A stretch of 64,000 bases of DNA from an uncultured Acidobacteriota bacterium (GTDB lineage: Bacteria > Acidobacteriota > Vicinamibacteria > Vicinamibacterales > Fen-181), in assembly GCA_963727765.1 (NCBI GenBank), contig CAVSGZ010000013.1, positions 344,491 to 408,490 on the forward strand. The letters are read 5' to 3'. The notes under the pieces were generated by a model that was not told the origin of the DNA, searched no databases, and worked only from the letters and a program-made list of their open reading frames with translations. Shown one piece after another: positions 55,702 to 64,000 of the stretch. The position numbers and the translations under genes are program-made. Each line of letters opens with the position of its first letter. Positions within the stretch are counted from its first letter, which is position 1.

Positions 55702-58689
55702 CTACTGGTTCGGTCTGAGCAACTCGCGGAAGGTGAGCGCGTTGATGTCGCGGAACATCGGCGTCCTCGGCGGCAGCTGAGAAATCGTCAGGAAATCGGA
55801 ATCGAACTTGTAGCCGCGTGTCGGCGGTGAGTAGACCACCTCGCAGCACTTGTAGGTGCCGACGGCCTGGCGGCTCGTGTAGAAGCTCACGATCGAGCCG
55901 CGGTAGTTGAGCGTGTCACCGCCCCAGTTCTCGATGTAGCGCAGGAAGTTGTGCGCCCCGCCGTCGGTGCCGAAGTCGATGTTGTCGTTGCTGTTGCTCG
56001 TCGGATGCGGGAAAGTCAGTCCCTTCCCCGCGATGACCGCCATCCGGTACCACGTCGTGCTCGCGGCGCGGACCGCGTTGGTGACGTCGTGCGGCGCCTG
56101 GAAGCTCCCGATGTCGTTGAACGCGTTCGACAGCAGCGTGACGGCGTCAGCGATGACGGCCGCCGAGACGTGGTCTGTGCCAGGCGTCGAGCCGAAGTCG
56201 GTGCCCGCGGAGTTGGGGGCGTTGAAATCGCCCTGCACGTAGGCGGGGTTCTCGGCCACGATCGCGAGGCCCTGTGTTCCGTTGTGCGGCAGCCTGAGGA
56301 GCGTTGTGGGGGTCGTGTACGCCGCATCGACGATCTTGAGCGCCCGGCGGAAGAACACGGGTGGGTTGACCCGCACCTCGTCAGGCACGATTGGCGTGGT
56401 AAGCGTGACTGTCGTCCCCACGGCCCAGTAACTGTCTGTCGACGGTCCCGTCGTCGTGCTGGCCTGGTAGCCCTTCGACGGGGGCCACGCCAGAACGGCT
56501 GCGGTCAGGGCTGACGGCCACGCCGGAGTGTGCGTTCCCGACCACGCCGAGTTGTTCGCCAGAGTGTAGGCGCTGCCGGCGGTCGGATAGAGCCTCGGCA
56601 CGCCCCCGTAGGTGTCCAGAATGCCATTCCCGTTGACGTCCTCGCCGGTGTCGAGGATCCCGTTCGACACACTCTGCGCGGAGGCGGGGTTGACGACGTC
56701 CTCGAACCCGAGTTCGCCAGTCTCCTGGTCGTCGCCGAAGTCGTCGGTGCTGTAGAGAATGCCGTCCGCCCCGGCCCGCGGGTTGGCCACACCGTCGCTC
56801 CCCAGGTTCTTGTTGCCCCTGCGGTCGGAGAAGTAGACCACGAAGCCGGTCGTGTTCTGCGTGTCCGAATGGGTCGCCAGCCAGACGCGCAGGTTGTTGA
56901 CGTCGAGTTCCACGTAGTGCATGACGCCGCCGGCCAGCGGGACAGTGCCGGCGCCGGTCGGGTCGTCTCTCCTCGCGCCTTCTCTCGGGTCGTAGAGCGC
57001 GAGGGGCAGGTAGTCGGTCGGCGCGGTCGACCAGGTCCCGGCGCTGCCGTTGTTACCCGAGTGGCCGCAGGCCCCATTCGTGGCCGAGCTGTAGGTCGAG
57101 GGCTTGTCGCGCACCCTCTGCAGCCGTATGACAGCGTTTGGACTCGGGTCGTCATTCGCCGAGGTCGCGCACGTTGTGCCCTCGGTGTCCCACGTGCCGG
57201 CATTGGCCAGGTTGCGGCCGGTAAAACCGAGCTTGAGGATCTCGACGGTCACGTCCGTCCAGTTGCCGCTCTGGTCCTGGCGCTCGATCTTCAGGTAGCC
57301 GTCGGCTGTCGGCGTGCCCGGAGGCAGACGGTACCCGAAGCCCGCAGTGGTGGCGGGCTTGACGTAGGTTCCCTCGAGCGCGAGCGGGATGTTGTTCACG
57401 AACGTCATGCCCAGCGACGTCTGATACGTGGCGTCGCGCGCGAGTTTCGCGAGGCTGACCGGCGCCGTGGCGGTCACCGTCTGCAGGCCGGTGATGTCGG
57501 ACGCCCGGTCCGACAGCAGGATGCGGACGCTGGCCATGCTGAAGTACCGCTGGCCGAGCACCGCGGCCGAGTCGGGCGCGGAGATCGAGGGGCGGCGAAT
57601 CAGGTCGATCGGCATCGCGCCGTCGCTGACCAGGGGCAGGTCCAGTCGCGTGACCCCGGTGCGTCCGTTTCGGATTCGGTTGTTGTACGTGCCGGTGGAC
57701 ACGTTCGTCCACGTCGGCTCGTTCGCCGTGTTGCCGGCCACAAGGACCATCGTGAGGTTTCCGTTGACTGTCTGCAGCGTGCTCGGCGGCACGCTGGCCA
57801 CGTTGACGCTGCCTTCCTGTTTCGTGACGCCGGACGGCGTGGTGCTGCAGGTGCCCCCCTGGCCGTAGCAACTCAGGTTGCGGAACACCGGGTTGCTCCC
57901 GCTGGTCGTCGCCAGGTTCACGAGGCCGGTATGGCCGCTGGTCGAGATCGGGATGCCGTTGGGCAGGTAGGTCCGGACGACTTCGCCCGCCGCTGTCACG
58001 ATGTCGCGCATCGTGAGCGTCGCCGACGTGGCGAGGTAAAGGTTCTGGTTCGTGTGCACGCGACCGCCGAAGTCGAAGTCGGCCCCGGGGAAGAAGCTCA
58101 AGTCGTTTTCCGAGAACATGCCGAACTGGAAGACCGGCACCGCCGCGGTCTGCAGGATGCGCCGCATCTTCACCTCGGCGGCTCCGCCGCCGAACGGGTC
58201 CACGCTGGCCCGCGCCGTGACGTCCACCTGATACGGCGTGAGCAGCGCCTGTAACCCTTGGTACGCCCCATTGGGAACCGTCGCGGTCACCTGCGGCTGC
58301 GGGGTGATGGTGTATCCGGAGGTGCCGTCAGGCGCCAGGTAGCTGAACCCCGTGAGGGACGGCGGCTGGGCGGTCAGCGCACTGAGTTGGGCGGCGGTGG
58401 GGCTGTAGTTGCCCCCGATGAACAACGCGCCGAGGTCGGCGGTGAGCTTCTCCAGCCCGGCATGAGCGGCGGCGTAGGCCTGCGTCTGGTCGCGGTTGAC
58501 GCCGCTGGCCTGCTGGTCCGCCCGGATCATCGCGAAGAACCCGATCAGCAGACCCGACATCAGCGCCATGATCAGCAGCGCCGACAGGAGCGCCATCCCC
58601 GACTCGCTCCGGCCGCGCGTCGCGTGCCTCCGCCGGGCACGCGTGTTCGCGTCACCTGTCCGTCGTTCGCCGTTCGCCATTCGCATCAT
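55702..58689 (-). CDS. giant PilX/GspK-like minor pilin-associated protein (995 aa)
   Basis: ORF 55702..58689. Has the N-terminal hydrophobic helix GMALLSALLIMALMSGLLIGFFAMI without the Glu5 position, followed by AYAAAHAGLEKL (a PilX_N-like pattern). It is the last gene of the minor-pilin operon. It also has the Asp/Asn/Gly-rich segment DTGEDVNGNGILD. Confidence 0.65.
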   Translation of the reverse strand: MMRMANGERRTGDANTRARRRHATRGRSESGMALLSALLIMALMSGLLIGFFAMIRADQQASGVNRDQTQAYAAAHAGLEKLTADLGALFIGGNYSPTAAQLSALTAQPPSLTGFSYLAPDGTSGYTITPQPQVTATVPNGAYQGLQALLTPYQVDVTARASVDPFGGGAAEVKMRRILQTAAVPVFQFGMFSENDLSFFPGADFDFGGRVHTNQNLYLATSATLTMRDIVTAAGEVVRTYLPNGIPISTSGHTGLVNLATTSGSNPVFRNLSCYGQGGTCSTTPSGVTKQEGSVNVASVPPSTLQTVNGNLTMVLVAGNTANEPTWTNVSTGTYNNRIRNGRTGVTRLDLPLVSDGAMPIDLIRRPSISAPDSAAVLGQRYFSMASVRILLSDRASDITGLQTVTATAPVSLAKLARDATYQTSLGMTFVNNIPLALEGTYVKPATTAGFGYRLPPGTPTADGYLKIERQDQSGNWTDVTVEILKLGFTGRNLANAGTWDTEGTTCATSANDDPSPNAVIRLQRVRDKPSTYSSATNGACGHSGNNGSAGTWSTAPTDYLPLALYDPREGARRDDPTGAGTVPLAGGVMHYVELDVNNLRVWLATHSDTQNTTGFVVYFSDRRGNKNLGSDGVANPRAGADGILYSTDDFGDDQETGELGFEDVVNPASAQSVSNGILDTGEDVNGNGILDTYGGVPRLYPTAGSAYTLANNSAWSGTHTPAWPSALTAAVLAWPPSKGYQASTTTGPSTDSYWAVGTTVTLTTPIVPDEVRVNPPVFFRRALKIVDAAYTTPTTLLRLPHNGTQGLAIVAENPAYVQGDFNAPNSAGTDFGSTPGTDHVSAAVIADAVTLLSNAFNDIGSFQAPHDVTNAVRAASTTWYRMAVIAGKGLTFPHPTSNSNDNIDFGTDGGAHNFLRYIENWGGDTLNYRGSIVSFYTSRQAVGTYKCCEVVYSPPTRGYKFDSDFLTISQLPPRTPMFRDINALTFRELLRPNQ

Positions 58690-58719
58690 CGTCGTGCCTC
58701 TCGTCCGGGGACTCCCGGC

Positions 58720-59898
58720 TTACTGATATCTGTTGACGAGCGCCAGACTTCGAAGGCTGACCTGCGTCTCCAGCGAGTTGCGGAAGAACCGCTTGGTCAG
58801 CGAGAAGGCTTGCGTCGATCGCCCGGCCATGTACATGTTCACTTTTCGAATCTGGTTCGGCGAGCACGCGTTGGGCGCGCACCGGCCCGTGCCGGCCAGA
58901 TCGGCCGCCGTCATCTCCACGCCCGCCGGGTTGGTCACGCCGTCCACCATGTCGTAAGTGAACTGCAGGTTGTCGATCGCGAAGGCGACGGTGAGCCCCC
59001 GCTGGTTGACCGGCAGCGCGTTGTTCCCCCAGTTCATGTGCCGCATCAGCCTGGGCGTGGTCGGGTCGATCGTGTTGTCCAGGTAGTACCAGATCATCCG
59101 GATGCGCGAGACGAGCGCCGTGTTGTTCCCGGTCGGCGTGGTCGCCTCCAGGTCGTCGGCCGTCCCGTTCAGCACGCCGCCGAACTGGTTGACGTTCATC
59201 GGGTCGCCGGTCGCAAAAGTGAACGTCTGGACGCCGTCGAAGGCCGTCACGTACACCAGGGCACTGACGCTGCCCTTGGTGAACATCATCAGGTCGCCCA
59301 CCTCGATGTCGTCCCCGCTGCCGGTGCTGACATCGACGCCGTTGGTGTAGGTCCCGGCAACGAACGTCGTGCAGTTGGGCAGCGTCCCGGTAGCGCACTG
59401 GGCGGGCAGCGCGACTCTCGCCGTGTGCGCGGCCAGCATGGAGGAGCTGTAGACCGGCACCGAGTCGAGCATCGAGTCCACGGCGAGTGTCGTCACCATA
59501 TCGGTGGCCGTGCCGTTGATGACGGGCCCGCATCCGGGGCCGACGGTCACGGCCGATATGGTGGTGATCCCGGCGGCCCACTGCGTGCAGGCGCTGCCCT
59601 GGGGGTGAGGACGCTGGATCTGCAGGGCGCCGTTGCCATTGGGCACCTGCACGACTCGTCCCGTCGGCAGACCCTGGCCGACCTGGATGAAGTCGCGGAC
59701 CATCAGGTCGGCGCCAATCCGCAGGTTGTTGTTCACGTCGATGATGCCGCGCGAGTTCTCGGCGCTCCGGTAGGCGTTGGTCAGCGCGGTCACCGCGCCG
59801 CCCATGACGGCGAGCACGATGACCATCGCGACCAATAACTCGACGAGACTGAAGCCGGCCTCCCTGGCCGCCCGCTGTTCCGGCCTGCGCATGGGCAT
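58720..59898 (-). CDS. PilW/GspJ-like type IV minor pilin
   Basis: ORF 58720..59898. Has the prepilin motif REAG/FSLVELLVAMVIVLAVMGG, with Gly before the cleavage site and Glu5. Confidence 0.7.
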   Translation of the reverse strand: MPMRRPEQRAAREAGFSLVELLVAMVIVLAVMGGAVTALTNAYRSAENSRGIIDVNNNLRIGADLMVRDFIQVGQGLPTGRVVQVPNGNGALQIQRPHPQGSACTQWAAGITTISAVTVGPGCGPVINGTATDMVTTLAVDSMLDSVPVYSSSMLAAHTARVALPAQCATGTLPNCTTFVAGTYTNGVDVSTGSGDDIEVGDLMMFTKGSVSALVYVTAFDGVQTFTFATGDPMNVNQFGGVLNGTADDLEATTPTGNNTALVSRIRMIWYYLDNTIDPTTPRLMRHMNWGNNALPVNQRGLTVAFAIDNLQFTYDMVDGVTNPAGVEMTAADLAGTGRCAPNACSPNQIRKVNMYMAGRSTQAFSLTKRFFRNSLETQVSLRSLALVNRYQ

Positions 59899-59902
59899 AC
59901 CT

Positions 59903-60475
59903 CTACGAATACGACGAGATGTAGGTGCGAAGCGTGTAACTGCCCGTCATCGGGCCGACCTTGTACGTGATGGTGACCACGATCTGGCGCAGGTCCGCGT
60001 TGACCGGGCTGAACTCGAGAATCTGGATCTGTCGCGTGAACCCGGTGAGCGGCGTGACGATGTCGTCGGCCGTGTTCAGGATCCCGTCCGGCCCCGGATC
60101 GCGCACGGTCTCGAGACCGGCGGCGGCGTCGTCCGCGGTGTTGACGAGGCCGTCCGCGCCGGCGGCGTAGAGCGGCTCCGCGGCGTCGAGGAACACGCCG
60201 CCGTTGGACACGTTCTGGATCTGCGCCCAGGTGATCGTGCGCGTGTCGCGGGCCGTGTGCACGCTTTCGACCGCCTCGCGCGCCTTCTCTCTCGCGATCA
60301 GGAGGGCCGACGATGTGGACATGTGGCGCATGCCCAGGTAGAACGCCTGCGCGACGCCGAGCAGGCCGATCGTCAGGACGAGCATGGCCACGAGGGCTTC
60401 GATCAGCGTGAAGCCCGCTGTCGCGCGCGAAGTGGTGCGATTCGACACCGTCTCCTCCATCCGGCCCGTCGCCAT
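59903..60475 (-). CDS. PilV/GspI-like type IV minor pilin
   Basis: Internal ATG at 60475 of ORF 59903..61030, giving 190 aa, with an alternative ATG at 60460. Has the prepilin motif ATAG/FTLIEALVAMLVLTIGLLG. Confidence 0.7.
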   Translation of the reverse strand: MATGRMEETVSNRTTSRATAGFTLIEALVAMLVLTIGLLGVAQAFYLGMRHMSTSSALLIAREKAREAVESVHTARDTRTITWAQIQNVSNGGVFLDAAEPLYAAGADGLVNTADDAAAGLETVRDPGPDGILNTADDIVTPLTGFTRQIQILEFSPVNADLRQIVVTITYKVGPMTGSYTLRTYISSYS

Positions 60476-60477
60476 CG

Positions 60478-61053
60478 TCAGCTCGCCCACTGGAGCCCGT
60501 TCCAGCGCCACTGCCGGATCAGCGCCGTGGACCCGAAGATCGTCACCGCGCGGGCGCTGTTCGTCTCGTTGTATCGGCCCAGGAAGATGGACCCGTTCAA
60601 CGGGTCCCCGTGCTGATCGATCAGCCCACCCTCGCTCGTGAAGGCAATCGTCGTGGCCGTCCCGAACGACGTGGCCGAGGCGTTGCCGAAGGCGTCTGGC
60701 GTATCGGGCAGGCCGTTGAACAGCAGGTACCTCATGCCGCTCTCGAGCCAGACAGTCGCGATGACGGTCGTGGACCCACTGGGCACTTCCACGCGGGACA
60801 CGACGATCTGGTTCGGAGCGTTGAACACCACCTGGATGTTCCGGCGTTGACTGATGGCCTGTTCGCGGGCCGTCCGGAGTGTCGAGACGACCTTGCTCAT
60901 CGCGCCGTCCGCCGTGCTGGTGCGGACGGCGGAGGGCATGATGACGGCGGCCATCGCTCCGAGCGCGCAGATGATGCCGAGCACCACGACTATTTCGAGC
61001 ATCGTGAAGCCGTGGCTTGTCGTCGAACACCGGGGCTGGTGCAGGTGGTTCAT
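60478..61053 (-). CDS. FimT/GspH-like type IV minor pilin
   Basis: Internal ATG at 61053 of ORF 60478..61152. Has the prepilin motif TSHG/FTMLEIVVVLGIICALGAM. Its stop lies 2 nt before the next pilin ATG. Confidence 0.7.
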   Translation of the reverse strand: MNHLHQPRCSTTSHGFTMLEIVVVLGIICALGAMAAVIMPSAVRTSTADGAMSKVVSTLRTAREQAISQRRNIQVVFNAPNQIVVSRVEVPSGSTTVIATVWLESGMRYLLFNGLPDTPDAFGNASATSFGTATTIAFTSEGGLIDQHGDPLNGSIFLGRYNETNSARAVTIFGSTALIRQWRWNGLQWAS

Positions 61054-61209
61054 GGTCTCAGCTCGCACACACACTCGCACCCCCCCACCGCAAGGCGCGA
61101 GCCATCGGCCTCTTCCGGCGGGACTTGCAAATTGTCTAGGAATACCGGCCAATCCGGCTCAGGTGGCCAGCTCGAGTGTTTCAGGATTGGACAGGGAATG
61201 ACGTTTCTG

Positions 61210-61533
61210 TCAGAGCCAACCAAGCTGGAGCCGGGCCGCTTCGGACATCCGATCGGGCGACCAGGCGGGCTCCCAGACGACGTCGACGAAGACGTCGGCG
61301 ACGCCCTCGACCCCCCGGACCCTTCGTTCGACCTCGAGCGGGAGCGCCTGCGCGGACGGGCACGCCGGAGCCGTCAGCGTCATGGTGATCTGCACGCGGC
61401 GAGCCTCGTCGATGTCGACCGAGTAGATCAGGCCCAGCTCCCAGACATTGACCGGGATCTCGGGGTCGTACACCGAGCAGATGGCGTCGATGACCCTGGG
61501 GCGCAGGGTGAGGGCGAGGACGGGGTCGGACAT
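61210..61533 (-). CDS. sufT: SUF-associated Fe-S assembly protein (DUF59/SufT-like)
   Basis: ORF 61210..61533. Carries VYDPEIPVNVWELGLIY and MTLTAPACP. It lies downstream of sufU. Confidence 0.8.
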   Translation of the reverse strand: MSDPVLALTLRPRVIDAICSVYDPEIPVNVWELGLIYSVDIDEARRVQITMTLTAPACPSAQALPLEVERRVRGVEGVADVFVDVVWEPAWSPDRMSEAARLQLGWL

Positions 61534-61550
61534 GGGTAGCCTTACCGGCC

Positions 61551-61629
61551 TGCGGCTGGCGGCTTGCGACTGGTGGCCGTGTCACGCGGGTCGTGTTGAA
61601 GGCCGCAAGCCGCGAGTCGCGGGTCGCGA
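61551..61629. repeat. inverted pair of tandem heptamer arrays (GCCGCAA GCCGCGA GTCGCGG GTCGCGA and partial complement)
   Basis: The plus-strand array is 61602..61629 (4 x 7 nt). The upstream sequence TGCGGCT GGCGGCT TGCGACT (61551..61571) is its approximate complement. GCGGCTTGC pairs with GCAAGCCGC. It lies between sufU and sufT. Confidence 0.65.
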
Positions 61630-61631
61630 GC

Positions 61632-62081
61632 CTATTCCGTGCTCACTGTCTTCTTCTCCGCCTCGAGCGCGGCGTGCAGCGTGTGCCACGCCAGGCTGGC
61701 GCACTTGACGCGCGACGGGAACTCGCGGACTCCGCAGAGCACGCCGAGCTTGCCGAGACTGGCTTCGACCGGGTCGTCGGGGCCCGAGACGACCATCCGG
61801 CGGAACTCATCGACCATCTTCTCGGCGTCCTCGACGCGCTTCCCTTTGACGGCGTCGGTCATCAGCGAAGCCGAGGCGCGGGAGATGGCGCAGCCCGCCC
61901 CCTCGAATGCCACCCCCTTGATCACGCCGTCCTGCACGTCCACGTGGACCGCAAGGTGGTCGCCGCACAGGGGATTGAGCCCCTCGGCGTGGTGGTTCGC
62001 CTCGGCCAGCGGCCCGAAGTTCCTGGGCCGCTTGTTGTGGTCCAGGATCACCTCCTGGTAGAGCTCTCGAAGGTCCGACAT
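61632..62081 (-). CDS. sufU: SUF system sulfur-transfer/scaffold protein SufU
   Basis: ORF 61632..62081. Carries YQEVILDHNKRPRNFG, NPLCGD, GAGCAISRASAS and RVKCASLAW. Confidence 0.9.
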   Translation of the reverse strand: MSDLRELYQEVILDHNKRPRNFGPLAEANHHAEGLNPLCGDHLAVHVDVQDGVIKGVAFEGAGCAISRASASLMTDAVKGKRVEDAEKMVDEFRRMVVSGPDDPVEASLGKLGVLCGVREFPSRVKCASLAWHTLHAALEAEKKTVSTE

Positions 62082-63358
62082 CAGCCGAACATCTCCCTGA
62101 CGCGGGCGAGCGCGTCGACGAGCCGGTCCACGTCTTCGTGGGTGTTGTAGAAGGCGAACGAGGCGCGGGCGGTGGCCGCCACGCCGAGGCGGCGCATCAG
62201 GGGCTGACAGCAGTGATGGCCGGTGCGGATGGCCACCCCTTCGCCGTCGAGCACGGTGCCGATGTCGTGCGGATGCGCGCCCGACATCACGAAGGAGACG
62301 ATGCCAGCCTTCTCCCTCGCCCGACCGAACACCGTCACGTCGTGGGACTCGGACAACCGCTTCTCGGCGTAGCGGGTGAGCGCCGCCTCGTGCGCCGCCG
62401 CCGCCTCGCGGTCGAGGCCTTCCAGGTACTCGATGGCCGCGGCGAGGCCGACCGCGCCGGCGATGTCCGGCGTCCCGGCCTCGAACTTCGCGGGCAGCGT
62501 GTTGTAGCGGACCTCTTCGAGCGTCACCGAGCTGATCATGTCGCCGCCCCCCTGCCAGGGCGGCATCCGGTCCATCACGGAGGCCTTGCCGTAGAGCACG
62601 CCGATCCCGGTCGGACCGAACAGCTTGTGGCCCGAGAAGGCATAGAAGTCACAGTCGATCGCCCGCACGTCGACCTTTACGTGCGGCACGGCCTGCGCCC
62701 CGTCGAGCAGCACTGGGATTCCGCGCGCGTGGGCAAGGCCGACGATGTCGGCCACGGGATTGACCGTGCCGAGGGCGTTCGACACGTGGCCGATCGCCAC
62801 CAGCCGCGTGCGGTCCGACAGCAGGCGTTCGTACTCGTCGAGGCGCAGTTCGCCGGCGTCGGTCATCGGGACCACTCGCAGCGCCGCGCCCGTGGCGTCG
62901 CAGGCCATCTTCCACGGCACGAAGTTGGAGTGATGCTCGAGGATGGACACCACGATTTCGTCGCCCGGCCCGAGCAGCGGCCGCGCGTAGGCCTGGGCCA
63001 CGAGGTTGATGGCTTCCGTCGTGCCCCTGACGAACACAATCTCGCGCGCTTCGGCCGCGTTCAGGAACCGCTGCACGCAGACGCGGGCGCCCTCGTAAGC
63101 CGCCGTGGCCCGCTCGCTGAGGGTGTGGACGCCGCGATGAATGTTGGCGTTGTCGGTCAGGTAGTACTGCGTGACGGCGTCGATGACCGCGCGCGGCTTC
63201 TGGGACGTCGCCGCGTTGTCGAGGTAGACGAGCGGGTGGCCATGGATGTTCTGCTGCAGGATCGGGAAGTCGCCGCGGATCTTGGCCACGTCGAACGGCT
63301 GCCGCGCCTCGGCCGCCGCCAGAAGCGGTGCCCGCGCCGCGCCTGCCCCCGCTCTCAT
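62081..63358 (-). CDS. sufS: cysteine desulfurase SufS
   Basis: The internal ATG at 63358 of ORF 62081..63571 overlaps the sufD stop (ATGA). Carries LVYLDNAATSQKP, FSGHKLFGPTGIGVLY (PLP Lys) and RTGHHCCQP (catalytic Cys). Confidence 0.92.
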   Translation of the reverse strand: MRAGAGAARAPLLAAAEARQPFDVAKIRGDFPILQQNIHGHPLVYLDNAATSQKPRAVIDAVTQYYLTDNANIHRGVHTLSERATAAYEGARVCVQRFLNAAEAREIVFVRGTTEAINLVAQAYARPLLGPGDEIVVSILEHHSNFVPWKMACDATGAALRVVPMTDAGELRLDEYERLLSDRTRLVAIGHVSNALGTVNPVADIVGLAHARGIPVLLDGAQAVPHVKVDVRAIDCDFYAFSGHKLFGPTGIGVLYGKASVMDRMPPWQGGGDMISSVTLEEVRYNTLPAKFEAGTPDIAGAVGLAAAIEYLEGLDREAAAAHEAALTRYAEKRLSESHDVTVFGRAREKAGIVSFVMSGAHPHDIGTVLDGEGVAIRTGHHCCQPLMRRLGVAATARASFAFYNTHEDVDRLVDALARVREMFG

Positions 63359-64000
63359 GCCGCCCTTTCCGTCACCGGCGCACCGGCGAGTCTGTCGGCC
63401 AGCAGCCGCTCGGCCTCCGCCCGGACCGGGTCGAGGCCGATCCGCCCGGTGACGTCGGCCGCGAAGGCGCGGATGAGCATCCCGCGCGCCTCGTCGAGGC
63501 CGATGCCGCGCGCGCGGAGGAAGAACAAGGCGTCCGCGTTCAACTGGCCGACGGTGGCGCCGTGCGTGCATTTCACGTCGTTGGCGAAGATCTCGAGCTG
63601 CGGCTTCGTGTTCACCTGCGCATCGTCGGAGAGGAGCAGCGTCTTGTTGGTCTGCTTCGCGTCCGTCTTCTGCGCATCCGGCCTGACCCGCACGCGTCCG
63701 TTGAACACGCCCCTCGCGCGGCCGCCGAGAATCCCCTTGTAGAGCTCCCGGCTCGTGCCGTGCGGCATGGCGTGATCGATCTCGGTGTGGTTGTCGATCA
63801 GCTGGACGCCGCCCCCGAAGTAGAAGCCGTTCAGCGTGCAGTCGGCGCCTTCACCGCCGAGCACGGCGACCGCGTCGGTCCGCGCGATCAGGCCGCCGAT
63901 CGCCACAGCGTGGGCCGACAGGCGGCTCGCGCGGCCGAGGTCGTACTGCGTGTGCCCGATGTGAAAGGCCGACTCCGCTTCGCGCTGGATCCGATAGTGC
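63355..64000 (-). CDS. sufD: Fe-S cluster assembly protein SufD (N-terminus outside the window)
   Basis: ORF 63355..63906 is open to the window end. Carries HTEIDHAMPHGTSRELYKGIL, DAQKTDAKQTNKTLLLS and PQLEIFANDVKCTHGATVGQL. Confidence 0.85.
   Translation of the reverse strand, partial: HYRIQREAESAFHIGHTQYDLGRASRLSAHAVAIGGLIARTDAVAVLGGEGADCTLNGFYFGGGVQLIDNHTEIDHAMPHGTSRELYKGILGGRARGVFNGRVRVRPDAQKTDAKQTNKTLLLSDDAQVNTKPQLEIFANDVKCTHGATVGQLNADALFFLRARGIGLDEARGMLIRAFAADVTGRIGLDPVRAEAERLLADRLAGAPVTERAA

Overview
This is a high-GC bacterial chromosome segment, roughly two-thirds G+C by eye. The gene content resembles a soil Acidobacteriota- or Gemmatimonadota-like organism, but that is inference only. 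I support about 50 protein genes and saw no rRNA, tRNA or CRISPR array. From left to right the window contains: (1) serC-serA-DUF1015 on the minus strand, then an M23 peptidase, a DinB protein and a degenerate kinase-like protein. (2) A 740-bp lower-GC leader followed by a PEP-CTERM surface protein with a clean terminator. (3) malQ plus an aminotransferase, divergent from a translationally coupled nadA-nadC-nadB operon. (4) A stretch of about 22 kb dominated by secreted hydrolases and proline-specific peptidases: three M24 peptidases, two sortilin/BNR propeller paralogs, a COG1228-type amidohydrolase, a beta-lactamase-fold hydrolase and a prolyl oligopeptidase. This stretch also holds a NarL-type two-component pair, two FCD-type GntR regulators, and a HypD-like glycyl-radical enzyme with its activase. 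(5) A DUF2339 membrane protein, an exported protein of unknown function and a metallophosphoesterase. (6) A small lower-GC islet punctuated by repeats, with a two-gene nucleotidyltransferase module and a HEAR-repeat/PD-(D/E)xK nuclease-like gene. (7) PhzF, two SDRs, GGT, a YtrA-GntR/SPFH operon, a large S9 peptidase, adenosine deaminase and rubrerythrin. (8) A four-gene minor-pilin operon ending in a 995-aa PilX-like protein, then sufD-sufS-sufU-sufT. Three signals stand out. First, four well-conserved genes each carry exactly one surplus nucleotide (a +1 frameshift) and one further ORF carries an in-frame TAG, and all five lesions lie in GTAC/GTAG contexts. Second, a HypD-type glycyl-radical enzyme sits inside a proline-peptidase neighbourhood. 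Third, 28-bp tandem-heptamer arrays and 155-bp structured repeats fill the intergenic spacers.
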